Assembly: GCF_963676685.1 (NCBI RefSeq)
Contig: NC_092353.1
Coordinates: 34,038,001 to 34,102,000, forward strand
Direction of reading: 5' to 3'
Length of the DNA stretch: 64,000 bases
From: Mytilus edulis
Taxonomy: Eukaryota
How positions within the stretch are numbered: position 1 is the stretch's first letter; each line of letters opens with the position of its first letter. Shown here in pieces: positions 51,303 through 63,000 of this stretch. The translations under genes and the position numbers were made by a program. A model generated the notes under the pieces. The model did not search any database. It was given only the letters and a program-made list of their open reading frames with translations, and was not told the DNA's origin.

Positions 51303-54067
51303 TAACCTCATTGGTTGATATCTTTGGCGGAAGTACATGTGATACATCCTCATTCTTTCAATATCCAAGCTGTGGGAAGGTCGTGCTCCACGTGTTGTCG
51401 GCAAAGTAACTATATTCTTTAACTTTTACTTACATTTGCCTTGGTGGCTTTAAGACCTTGGTGGTCATTTATATATGCCTTGGTGGCAAAAGACCTAGGT
51501 GGTCATTTATATATGCCTTGGTGGCAATAGACCTAGGTGGTCATTTTTATATGCCTGGGTGGCAATAGACCTAGGTGGTCATTTTTATGATTTTTTACAT
51601 TTGCCTTGATGGCAACAATGAATTAAAATACTAGCCTTGGGGGCGTCAAGACCTTGGTGGTCATTTATATTTGCCTTGGCGGCTTCTTGATAGAACTAGA
51701 TGGTAATGTTTGACCTTGGTGGCAAAAATGTTTTGGGATTTAGACTTTAATAGGTAGTTATTATCAACCAAGGTGGTCAGATATTTGTTATGCCGTGCGC
51801 CGGTTAAACGCAGGGCAAAGTGCTATCGCTATATAAAATATATGCGGAAGTGGGGGCTCTGGCCATTTTGGAAAATTGTAGTTGAAAGGAGAATAATAAA
51901 TTGTTTGTAGGGTAAATAGTTTCAATTGTTACTTTTGACTGTGTTGTGGACTTTTCATTTATTTTTACATCGTACATACTGATAGAAATGCTATTTAAAG
52001 ACTTTGTTAGAAAAGAATAGAATTATTGAGAAAGTGGAATAATTTAGTGTGACATGTCACTTGATATTCATGTTTTTTATCGGAGTGATGTGTATTGAAT
52101 TATAAGGTGTCTTCGTCGAGGTCCGTGTTCAGCGGTCTGTTTGATTGTACATAGAATTGAATAGAATGTTTTTGTTTTCAGATGGTGTTACCTACAGCTT
52201 TGACAGGGTGACGAATGAAGGAGAAGTAATATGACATTGCACGATGATTCATGTCAATGAATTCGAACAACCTTTTTTAAAAGGAAAGGATTTTTTCTAA
52301 TCAGAATATGGTGAGAACAAATTACAATTGAAGTAATGTTTTGATTTCTGAAAATAGGAAAATAATGAATGGGAAAAATATTGATACTACACTAAATTAT
52401 GTATGTCTGTGTTGAGAAAGGCAGAAGATGCCAATATGGCACGGTACTAAAAAAAAAAAAAAAATCTGTGATGGAAGCAGCTTTATGTTCAAATGAACCT
52501 ATTTAAAAGTAATGCTAATAATTTTTCCGTAATTTCATGATGTTTTCTATTGATTGTGTATTTAATTTCATTGATGTGTTGAAATATGTCACAAAAATCT
52601 TTTTGTCATGGGAGATTAAATAATGGTTGCAATATTTTTGTTTTGTTTTGTTTTATCTAAATTAATAAATAAATATAATGTTGAATGATTTTGTATACTA
52701 GTACAAATGTATACTTAAATTTTATGTATGGTTAAATTTTTTAATTTAAATTTCTTTGTCTACAGTTCGAGGGACACTGATTCCCTAGTGGTTTTCCACG
52801 TGGATTGTAGGCAAAGGGATTTTTCCTTTTCAAAGTGTGACTAATGCTGTCTTTAGTACAAATAAACAATTTGTTATTGGTTAATATATTTTCAGCAGAC
52901 ATTTGAAGAATCGAGTGGAAATACAATTGTCAATGTTCCTGATTATGAAGTAAAGAGTGTGTTTGATTCAACAACAGTAAAGAAAGAGACAAGCCAGCAT
53001 AGTTTACACTTGGAGGTTAAGTCCCTTTGCTTACAAGCTTTCCACATGCTGAAGATGTTATTAGAATAATGACAATGTTCATTTTGATATGAGTTCATTG
53101 CCTTAACTCAACTTTTAAAAGTCTGTATGTGGTCAAATTCATGAGAATTTATTGAATTATGAACGATTTATAAAGAACTGTGTACATGCATCTTTAAATG
53201 TTTAGAAGTGTTTTAACGTAATTTTAAAAGGAATTATATTTAATAAAAGTGTTGAATTTGTTTTGAGTATTGGGAATACTATTCCTTAAGGGAAAGCCTT
53301 GCTAGTGGTGTATTTTGAGATTGGCCTGCAAATATGCTGTATGGACTATAGAGTTTTCTATGCCCATAACTTAACATGAACTGGATGCAAGATTATATCA
53401 ATCACTGAGGATATGTGTATAACCTCATTGGTTGATATCTTTGGCGGAAGTACATGTGATACATCCTCATTCTTTCAATATCCAAGTGGTGGTTGGTTTA
53501 AGGGCTATGTTTGGTCAGGCAATACATATTGCCTGTTTGGGTTGATGAGGTTCTTGATAAGTTCCCCCCTCTCCCACCCATAAGTACCAAAATGTGGATA
53601 TGTTTTTATATTTATATTTCAATATTGGTATTACATGTATGCATTTTGGGTTGATGAGCACGAGACAACATTACAAAAACATGAGCATTACCATGGGATC
53701 ATGTTGACAAAACAAACCTTCGCTTTATCGATTTTCAAGGGAAAGGTCAATTAGGGCAAGTGTATTGGCATGTTTGTATTTGCTTTTTCATTACAATGGT
53801 AAAAATAAGATTATATATCTCTGATGACAAAAATTTTGATTATAATGCTTCATTTTATGAGCTCCAGAGTAGTTTTATAACTGAAAAACAACTGTGCACT
53901 ATATCTAGTGAGCTCTTCTGCATTGCATTGTGCATGGTAGTCCACATTTTGGTTTCTGAAACGTTAAGATATTATCTTGTATTCGGTTCTTTCCTCTAGA
54001 GTTTTCTATGCCCATAACTTAACATGAACTGGATGCAAGATTATATCAATCACTGAGGATATGTGTA
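51303..54067 (+). mobile_element. Non-autonomous split-direct-repeat element, putative tyrosine-recombinase (PAT/Ngaro/TOC1-like) type
   Basis: A1 51303-51369 = A2 53420-53486 and B1 53349-53419 = B2 53997-54067, in the order A1..B1A2..B2. No long ORF. The empty site is visible at 48200-48230 (minus strand). Confidence 0.8.
51436..51725. repeat. ~38-bp tandem repeat of alternating GCCTTGGTGGC / GACCT(A/T)GGTGGTC motifs
   Basis: Four clear units TGCCTTGGTGGCAATAGACCTAGGTGGTCATTTATATA (51437-51588), followed by degenerate units. Confidence 0.9.
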
Positions 54068-54578
54068 ATACGCAGCCACGTTCTATTACTTAACCTTAGT
54101 AAAAATTCATTACTCATTTTTCTAATCATCTAATTACTATATTTTTGGGATGTTTAAAAACGCAGTCTCTGTTGCAATTGCTCTACCGTTGTCATATTTT
54201 AAATATTATACCAGCTTATTTCTGTCAGGACTGTTTATTGGGACTGTATTTCCACGCAGTTGTTTAACATCTCAACTGTCACCACCTTTGGGAATTTAGA
54301 GTTATGCCAGTTCACATCGTTAATATCTATTTTTATTTTGGCATATCTTTGTAGTCTTTGCGCCGTGTTTGGAAATTTTAAAAATTGTTCCAGCGTTCGT
54401 TCAAATTGTGTAAATTTCAAGATTTTGATAGAGTCTTAATTTGAATTGACATGATTCATTTGTCATCGTGCAATTACCGAGGAAGGATATCTGTTATCCG
54501 AAATATCTAACATATTGTTCGTTTTATTGTGCTTTTGGTGATGTTTTACCCTTTTAGACTTGTTATATTATATATATA

Positions 54579-54690
54579 CAACTCGTCTAAACATCAACCC
54601 AACAATGTTAGATCTGTAAATTTGCTTTCGCAAAATTTTGGTTCTTCCCTCGCCGGGATCCGAACCCATGCTACTGTGATATCGTGACAC
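54579..54690 (-). mobile_element. 5'-truncated tRNA-derived SINE inserted in (TA)n
   Basis: Minus strand carries a B-box-like GGGTTCGGATCCCGGCGAGGG; TA runs on both sides; no complete cloverleaf. Confidence 0.65.
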
Positions 54691-54691
54691 A

Positions 54692-54940
54692 TATATATAA
54701 ACGCCAAAAAAAGTGTACACAACAACTCCAAATACAAAAAAAGGTAATTATAAATGTGATTATGTATAAATATTTCGGATAACAGATATCCGTCCTCAGT
54801 GAGATTCTGATGTTAAATGAATCATCTTTCGGTCTTCTTACATTAAACTGTTACAATCTTGAAATTTATAGAATAAAAAAGTCAAACTGAACATCAGTTT
54901 TTGGAGTTGTTGTGTACACTTTTTTAGGCGTTTATATAAT
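54692..54940 (-). mobile_element. Related PLE terminal fragment with hammerhead-like motif, plus a short inverted copy at 54895-54940
   Basis: Minus strand reads CTGAGGAC-GGATATCTGTTATCC-GAAATATT, homologous to the terminal region at 54478-54510. 54692-54735 is inverted relative to 54895-54940. Confidence 0.65.
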
Positions 54941-55109
54941 TTATTTATTGTGTACATGTATCGTTACTCGTAACGACCCAGCGCCCTCGTGGGGAAAATC
55001 GTTGACTACTATTCAGACGTTTTATATATATATATATATCTTATTGTTTCCATATGCATTATACACAATAGTTTAAAATCTAAAAGATTTAATTTCATTT
55101 TAGCTGAAA

Positions 55110-55490
55110 CCACTGAGTCGATGATCCCGTTGGTGGCTTTTTTATTCCTCGAGATTTTCACAAGCCCAGTAGTCAGCACTTCTGTGTTGACATGAGTTAT
55201 CATTGATATGGTCATATTTATAAATTAGCCGTTTAAAAAACTTTTTATTTCCTTTGAAATACTACTACTTGTAGTAAAAATTCTGTATATCAGAAATAGA
55301 TTACCATAGCTTTATTTGGCAAAACCTTTAGGAATGTTTGATCCTCAATGTTCTTCAACTTCGTACTTTATTTTGGGCTTTTTAATACTTTTAATTTCGA
55401 CATGTTCGAGCGTAACTGATGAATATTATGTAGACGAAACGCTCAAGTTACTCATTTCAATACTGGTATCTATGATGAGTTTATTTGTAC
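55110..55490 (+). mobile_element. Degenerate retrozyme monomer
   Basis: Colinear with 63181-63420 (ACCACTG.GTCGATG...CAGTAGTCAGCACTTC.GTGTTGACAT...TCCTCAATG.TCTTCAACTT). Decayed hammerhead GAGCGTAACTGATGAATATTATGTAGACGAAAC at ~55408-55440. Confidence 0.75.
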
Positions 55491-55579
55491 ATGTATGAAA
55501 CTATTTATATTTAGTAGGCTTAAATGAAGCCTGCTCTGTTTTGTGCAGTTGATGACAGAATTTCCGGATTTGATGGAAC

Positions 55580-56130
55580 ATATAATCACACAACATGCAC
55601 TTGCTGAGAGTGTAAGCAGACAGGTAGAAACATACAATTTGCACCAATATTGCTAAAAGTGTTAAATAGACAGGTAGTTTTTTGCTGACAGTGTGAACAA
55701 ATTTGATTGAATATATAATCATACAGCACTTACTGACAGTATTGGCAGACTATTACATACTCATAAGATAATACGACACTATTTCTAACAGTGTAAACAG
55801 ATTTGATTGAATATAAATTACGAAAATATTGCTGACAATGTAAGCAAACTGGTAGAAACATGACATCATATGAAACTTTTGATGACAGTGTAAACAAAGT
55901 TGGTGGGACATATAATCATCCGATTTTTGATGACAGTGTTGTCAGTCTGGTTTATATATATAATCATACGACATTTTGCTGACAATGTGAAAAAATTTGG
56001 CGGGATATAAAACCATAATTCACTATTGCTGAAAGTGTCGAGCGGAATGGTAGAACCATAAAATTATACGACACTATTGGTTGAAATGTAAACAAATTTG
56101 ATGGGACATATAGAACATATAATTATTCGA
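55580..56130. repeat. Degenerate ~58-bp tandem repeat
   Basis: Recurring TTGCTGACAGTGTAAACA(A/G)A...ATATAATCATACGAC blocks. Confidence 0.75.
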
Positions 56131-57094
56131 CCTTTTAAGGCTTTTTCTACTCAAAATATCAGTACAACTGACAAGCTACATAAGCGCTTATAGAGCGATA
56201 AGGATAAACCATCATATTGCCGATAATAATAGCAATACAATCGTACAAAGATATATCCATCCATGTTTTATGAAAAAAATCATAAGAAATATAACATTAA
56301 CAAATAAAAGTCACGGTTATTTTCAAATGCTATATTTTAATATTAGGAAAAAGTGTTGAAAGCGTAAAAATAAATAAAACCAAATTCAAATATAATAAAG
56401 TAATATAAAAAAAGACTTCAGTATGCACCATAAATCAATACATAAATGAACACTTATACATGAACAACGCGGCAAACAAAGATTTTTATATTTAAACGTA
56501 CATGATAGACATATACATGCCCCAACTTTTAACAGATTATAAAAAAACAGAGTAGCAGCTGGAAAAAACATGAAATCTATTAGTATATAAACAAATGTAG
56601 AGTTTTTCTATTTAGTCAATTTTGAACTAATGTCAATTACAATAATGTTTAATTATTTCTAATGTAACAGACAGCTGATTGGTAAAATACTCTAAAAGGA
56701 CTGTAATTATTAAATCTGACATAATACTTAAAAATAGGGAACTATTTTAGTCATTATGTAGATAGGTAAATAAAACTGAAGTTACATAAGTTTCTTCTCC
56801 CAATTTGGTTGGAAGTGGTTCCAATGTATCACCAAGTAAGATAACTGTTCATTGTTTAGAGATATACGCACCACCAAAATTGGAATGCGACAAAGTGGAT
56901 GTCTGGCTAATTATTTAAGGTAGTACGATGACCTATAGTTTCTAACCTTTTCGTCTATCTGGTGGAAAGTGATCTCATATGGTATCATTCCAGATCTTAT
57001 TTTTTTTATGAAGTATACCACACTCAGTCTGGATTTCAACTGTTCGTGGCTTTCATTTACCATTATATTCTAAAACAACCAGCACATTCTTATT

Positions 57095-60000
57095 CTAAAT
57101 ACGTTCATAATTATCATATTCTCTTCTATTACCAATACATGGGCTTATAAAGAACAAGTACCCGTCTTTTATTAAACCAGGAAGAGCTGCCCAAAAAGTG
57201 ACATTAGGTATAAGTTGTAGGCCAGACACTCCTAATACAGCTTTCTTGTATAGTATACCTGGAAAAAGGAAATTTCAGATTAAGTATTGACATTAGTGTG
57301 TCTTTAAAAAAATATTTTTTATCATTTCAGAAAGTCTATAGCAAATTCTAGAAGTTTTGTCCTCCTCTTAGCTTCAATTTCATCGAGAAAATCGTAATAA
57401 AAACATTTTGCAGACCTCTTAAAAATTTAAAAAGTCAAAAACTAGCTACAACAGTTTTACACTGAATTAAGAAATTATATTCAGATTTGAAAATTAATCA
57501 GTTATATAATCATGTAGTTTGACAACATTTAAAGATGGCCTGAAAAGTACCACGATTAACCAATTCTAAAAATTGTGTCAAAAAGACTGTGGATTGTTTA
57601 ACATTTCTACATAATTGTAAATATTAAATTGCATTTTGCAAAACCAAACTTATTGTATAGCCTTCTGGTTTATTTATCAGACGATTTCTCTCGTTTTTGG
57701 TTTGTAACCCGGAATTGATTTTGAACATCGGTATACTACTGTCGCCTTTATTTATTTCTATACATTTCAAATTTCGATTCGACATACACAAGAACAGATT
57801 ACATATTTCCATAATTTGTCAAGTGTTCACTCCTTATAGTGTTATGGGACTGATACTTCAATGCTAGCTCGTCAGATCATGCTTTCAAACACTTGATATG
57901 ACTTCATTCTCTTTATCAGAATTTCTATCTAAAAAAAGCATTTCGCATGTCTATGCGATAACCCTAGTTTGTACATTCAGATGTTGCTTGTGATGTTTTC
58001 ACATGTCTTGTTTTGTAAACAACCGTCCTTTTTTTTGATGGCTCATTATTTTGCCACATTAAATAACATTAAAGGTGCCATTTTTTCCTGGTTGAAGCTA
58101 AAGCAATGTTACAAAAAAGACCTTATAAAAAAAATTCACTGTTGGAATCATTTATATTGAAACTCACCTACGACTAGATACACGAGTACAATGGATAAAA
58201 GAGAAACACACATAATAGTACCAATGCTGAATTTACTTCTACAGAATCGTGTTGATGCCAGTGAAAAGTAGTATTTGTCTTGAAGGTCAGATCTTCTATA
58301 TCGAAATTGCGGTTTATCAATATACATACATTCCAAAGTTATGGTACTATCTGCAATGGATACATAAAAAAATAAATGCAATTTGTTTGTGAAATGCATG
58401 TTTCAAATTGTTAAGTATTTTTATATGATCCCTGTAATAAATGCATCCTCTTTCTATTTGTTTTGTTGAGCAAACAAATATTCAACTTACCACTGTATAT
58501 GGCGTATCTGTAGTAGAACACACATATTGGCTATACTTTCCAAATTGTGTGCCGTTCATTTCTGTCTTTGATAACAAGAGGCTGTGTCGCTCATCTGATA
58601 TGTTTATTTACAATTGGCAGGCAGGGTCATCGGACACATTTTTAAAACTAGTTACCCTAATTATGCTTGATTTGGATTAATTTGTCTCAGTTGTGTCAGA
58701 GTGTAAGAATTTAGTGAAAAATTACAAAAATTGTTAAAAAAAAATGACTTTAAAGGGCAACAATTCCTTATGGGGTCAATTGATAATTTTGGTCATGTTG
58801 ACTTCTTTATAGTTATCAAAGGTACCAGGATTATAATTTAGTACGCCAGATCTTACTTTGCTGAACATTATTGCTGTTTAATGTTTATCTCTATCTAAAA
58901 GTATTCAAGATATTACGGCAAAACTGCAAAATTTCCTTAATTTCAGGGGCAGCAACCAAACAACGGGTTGTCTGATTGGTCTGAAAATTTTACGACAGAT
59001 GGATCTTAACCTGGTAAACATTTATACAGTTGTTAAATTTGCTCTTTGTGCTTTAGTTTCTAAAAAAGCCGAACACTGCATTTGACCCCTATGTTCTATT
59101 TTAAGCCATGGCGGCCATCTTAATTGTAAGGCCGGGTCAATTTGATACCCCAATCATGATTGTGGCAAGTTTGGTTAAATTTGGCATAGTAGTTTCAGAG
59201 GAGAAGATTTTTGAAAAGTTAACGACGGACGACGACGACTGACGACGACGCCAAGTGATGAGAAAAGCTCACTTGGCCCTTTAGCTAAAAAGTCATATCA
59301 CAAAAATACCGAACTCCGAGGAAAACACAAAACGGAAAGTTCCTAATCAAATGGCGAAATCAAAAGCTCAAACACATCAAACGAAAAAATAACAACTGTC
59401 ATATTCCTGACTTGGTACAGGCAGTCATTTACGTAGAAAATTGTAAATTGAACCTGGTTTTATAGTGCTAAACCTCTAACTTGTTCGACAGTCGCATCAA
59501 ATTCCATTATATTGAGAACGATGCGTTATTAAAATATCACAAATAGGGGAACAACAACACGAACCCCACTAAAACCTGGGGGTGATTTCAGGTGCTCCGG
59601 AAGGGTAAGCAGATCCTGCTCCACATGTGGCACCGGTCGTGTTGCTCATGTTATTACAAAGCCGGTAAATAGTCTAATTAGGTAAGTAATCTTCCTCTTT
59701 TGTAGTTTGATGTTGTTTGTTGACCATGTTGACTGATCAGTATTTATTCAAAAATCTTTACAATTTTTTTTTGCGCTCTGAACTTTTATTCCCTATGCTT
59801 TAATTTTACTTTCAGATATAATAATGATGTCATGTCCATTTTAACTCACACCCTAGCGAATGCCTTAATCTCATATATTCAAGGAAACTTGATATCTAGG
59901 ATAATACCTAAACTAGAAGGTCTATTTCATTATCGATCTTTTCCTCAATATTTACACATATAAATGACTTCAAATAAAAATTAATGACAAACCGTATCAT

Positions 60001-63000
60001 TTCAACTTTCTATTTGTAAACTTTCTATTTTTAAGTAGTACAATAGCCTTTGTCCAGTCGTATAGTGTGCTTGTATCTTAATAAGTACTTTACGCACGTG
60101 TATGTCAACTTTCAACAGACTTTATTAATAGGGAGGTTCTCCTTAAACAAAAACTGATCCAAGAGAGTTATGAAGAATGAGTGAAAACGACACTACATAG
60201 GGGTTACTTTTACCCTCAGGAATTTGTTAACTGCTATATGATGTTTGTATACTATCTCTCTGACGACATTTAAAATCTTTAGATATCCGAATAGTCGTCT
60301 TATCTGTAAATTGACGGATCGTGTCCTATTCCTGATTGGGACATACTGACTTTGTGTAGAGTGGTATGATAATGCATACAATTTTTAGAGGGAGGCACTA
60401 ACCCCCTCAATTAACGCACCCAGCATTGCTGCTTTCGAGTTCGTACGAGCCCCTCAGCCATAGATTATTTATTACCTCTGATTTGTTACTTCTAAATTAT
60501 CTTATGAGGTTCAAAATCTCCAAATTAACCATTGTTGAGTTTCATTTTAAATAGTTTTGTATATTAATTGAACTTTTCGTTTTCATGTGAGACAAAAAAT
60601 ACCACAGGAACATTAAAACTCTTAAATCGAAAATACCACAAAACACAACATAGGACACTAAGGAATGAGATAGACGAATTTATTTTAAAACCGGGATTGA
60701 TCTCAAAAAGAGTAGACATATCCTGCTCCACAGGTGGCACCTGTTGTTTTGCTCGTGTGATTGAAAGCTCGTAGATTTCGGTAGGTAAAATTCGGAGAAA
60801 AGAGGACGGGATTGTGGTTACGACAATAAGAAAATGTCGGTCGTCATTTGGGAAACATGACGGTAAGCCAACTCGTGAAGGCGTCTTTATAATTTATGTT
60901 AGAAGGATTTCAACTTCACCACTTGCAACTCTTGGTTTAATAGCTTCCTTGTGAACAGCATCGTACAGTTTCATTGATTATCAGTTGCGTTTTCTCGAAA
61001 ATCTTCTCTGAAAACACTGTGCCACACGGATTCATCTCTTTTGTATATTTAAAATTGATATCCGATCTTTAGTTTTTTTGTTATTTAGTGTTCACGTTCT
61101 AGTCAAAATGCTGTGTGTCTTTCATCTAGGCTTATGGCTTTAACAGAACATTAGTGTATTTTCATACTTTTTTTAAATATCCGCATGAATTGAAATGCTA
61201 TAAGTAGCATAGACAGAAACGGTTTCGTAGATCAATGAATTGGAACTGTTTATTTCTGTCATCGTACAGTTTTTTGCCTATTGTTATTGGTTAATATGAT
61301 ATAGGTTAGTACTTTGTTAACCATCAGATCAGATCAACCAAAGAGGAATTAGTTTTGAAATAAAACCGGTCATACATACTTTATTGTTCTCTGTTTTTAC
61401 TTATGTGTTTCGAGCATCTAAATGTCCATACAAACTACGTTATATTGCTATGTCATCTTGGTGCTCCACGAAATCTCTTTTTAAATTATCAAGATCAATT
61501 TCATCAGCAATCAAAGCCAGGCTTCAAAGCTATTGTGAAACTACCTACTCTTCAGGTGGCATGAATCAGATGTGGATACTAAAAACATCCATCGATCTTA
61601 AAGAGTACATACAATCTAGGACCCTTTCATCTTGCATAGTATTAAAACATTGGACTTTTCTACCCTTTACACAAGTTTTCCCCATAAATTTTTTTGACAG
61701 TTTTGTGCGATGTTTTCCATTCGTTTGATGTGTTTTGATCCGTTTTTGATCTGTTTAGAACTTTCCTCTGAATTCAGTATTTTTGTTATTTGCTTTTTTT
61801 TAAATGAAAGAAAATTTGAAACAGTTGGTCCTGCTTGTTACATAAAAAAGAATGGACAACGTGTCTTACAATCTTAGGAAGCGACTTTGTAAATAATAAC
61901 ACTGAATCAAACAAAACATTTCTCTGAATCTGACATTATCAGAAGCTTGATTTCTTGATTGACAACATATCTATTACGTTTGTAGCACGTGTATAATTTA
62001 ACAAACAAACAGCAGTCCAATGGGAACCAGCTGTGTCCTCTTCTTGTCGACTTTTTTTTTATCTATTCGTATGATACTTACTTCATTCTTCTTGTGAAGA
62101 AAGAGAATAAGTTATCAGTATCCTTTAAATTTACTTTCCGCTATATAGATGATGTTCTCTCACTTAAATAACTCAAAATTTGACGACTATCTTGGACGTA
62201 TTCAACCCCTCGTTTTGAAATAAAGAAAACATCAGATACAGTTTAGCCTAGAAATTAACTATGAGAGTCGGCTGAAAACATCACTGAACCATAAAATAGA
62301 TGATTTCAGCTTTCAAATTGTTAACTGTCCATTTTTATGAAATAACATTCCAACAGAACGTGAATACTGAGTATACGAATTATACCAAGATATTACGTAT
62401 ACATGAAATGTATTTCCTATCAAGATTTCCTTGATAGAGGGTTGTTGCTCACAAGGAAGATGTTATACCAGGAGTTCAAAGTGTTAATTTGAAATCAGTC
62501 CTTCGTAAATTTTACGGACACCATCACGAGCTGTTTGCCCATTATGTAATATCTGTTTCCAAAACCACATTCTCGTCATCTCTTCCCCGAGTGTGGGATA
62601 CCAAAATAAACTATCATCGAGCTTTTAATTACATAAGCAGCACAGCAGGTGTCACCTTTGGAGCCGGATCTTCTGTTCAGTGGAACAAATATACGTTGAC
62701 AAGCTTACCCTCATCATGTTGCTCAGTCTTTATAGCGTTATAAAGTTGTCATATTGGCACTCATAATACATCTTCTGATATGTATATGTTGCGTTTTGTG
62801 TACATTTAGTGCTAATAGTCCGTTTGTCTTTTTCTTTTTTCATGGCGCTGTCAGTTTTTTTCATCTTATGAGTTTGAATGTCTTGTTGGTACCTTTTGCA
62901 TCTCTTTCAATGATGAGTCTTTTGCAGACGAAAAGCACGTCTGACATGCAAACTTTCAATCCTAATATCCATGACGAGTTTATTTGCAGCTCATTACGAC

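Larger units (their letters stand above)
50639..54575 (+). mobile_element. Inverted 5'-truncated copy of the same Neptune-type PLE (GIY-YIG + 3' terminus), split into 50639-51302 and 54068-54575 by an insertion
   Basis: 50639-51302 is the near-identical reverse complement of ~48214-48878. 54068-54570 is the reverse complement of ~47710-48213. Ends in (TA)n. Confidence 0.92.

Noticed and set aside
51436-51725. CRISPR-like array
   Set aside because: Spacers are short and repeated rather than unique, there are no cas genes, and the context is eukaryotic.
51295-54070. ATGTGTAATA as a 10-bp TSD of a DDE transposon
   Set aside because: The empty site reads ATGTGTAAATA and the internal junction already contains ATGTGTA. 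A conservative crossover explains both flanks exactly. A TSD model is not fully excluded but needs an extra indel.
54620-54690. tRNA gene
   Set aside because: Only a B-box/T-arm-like part is present, with no full cloverleaf; treated as a SINE fragment.
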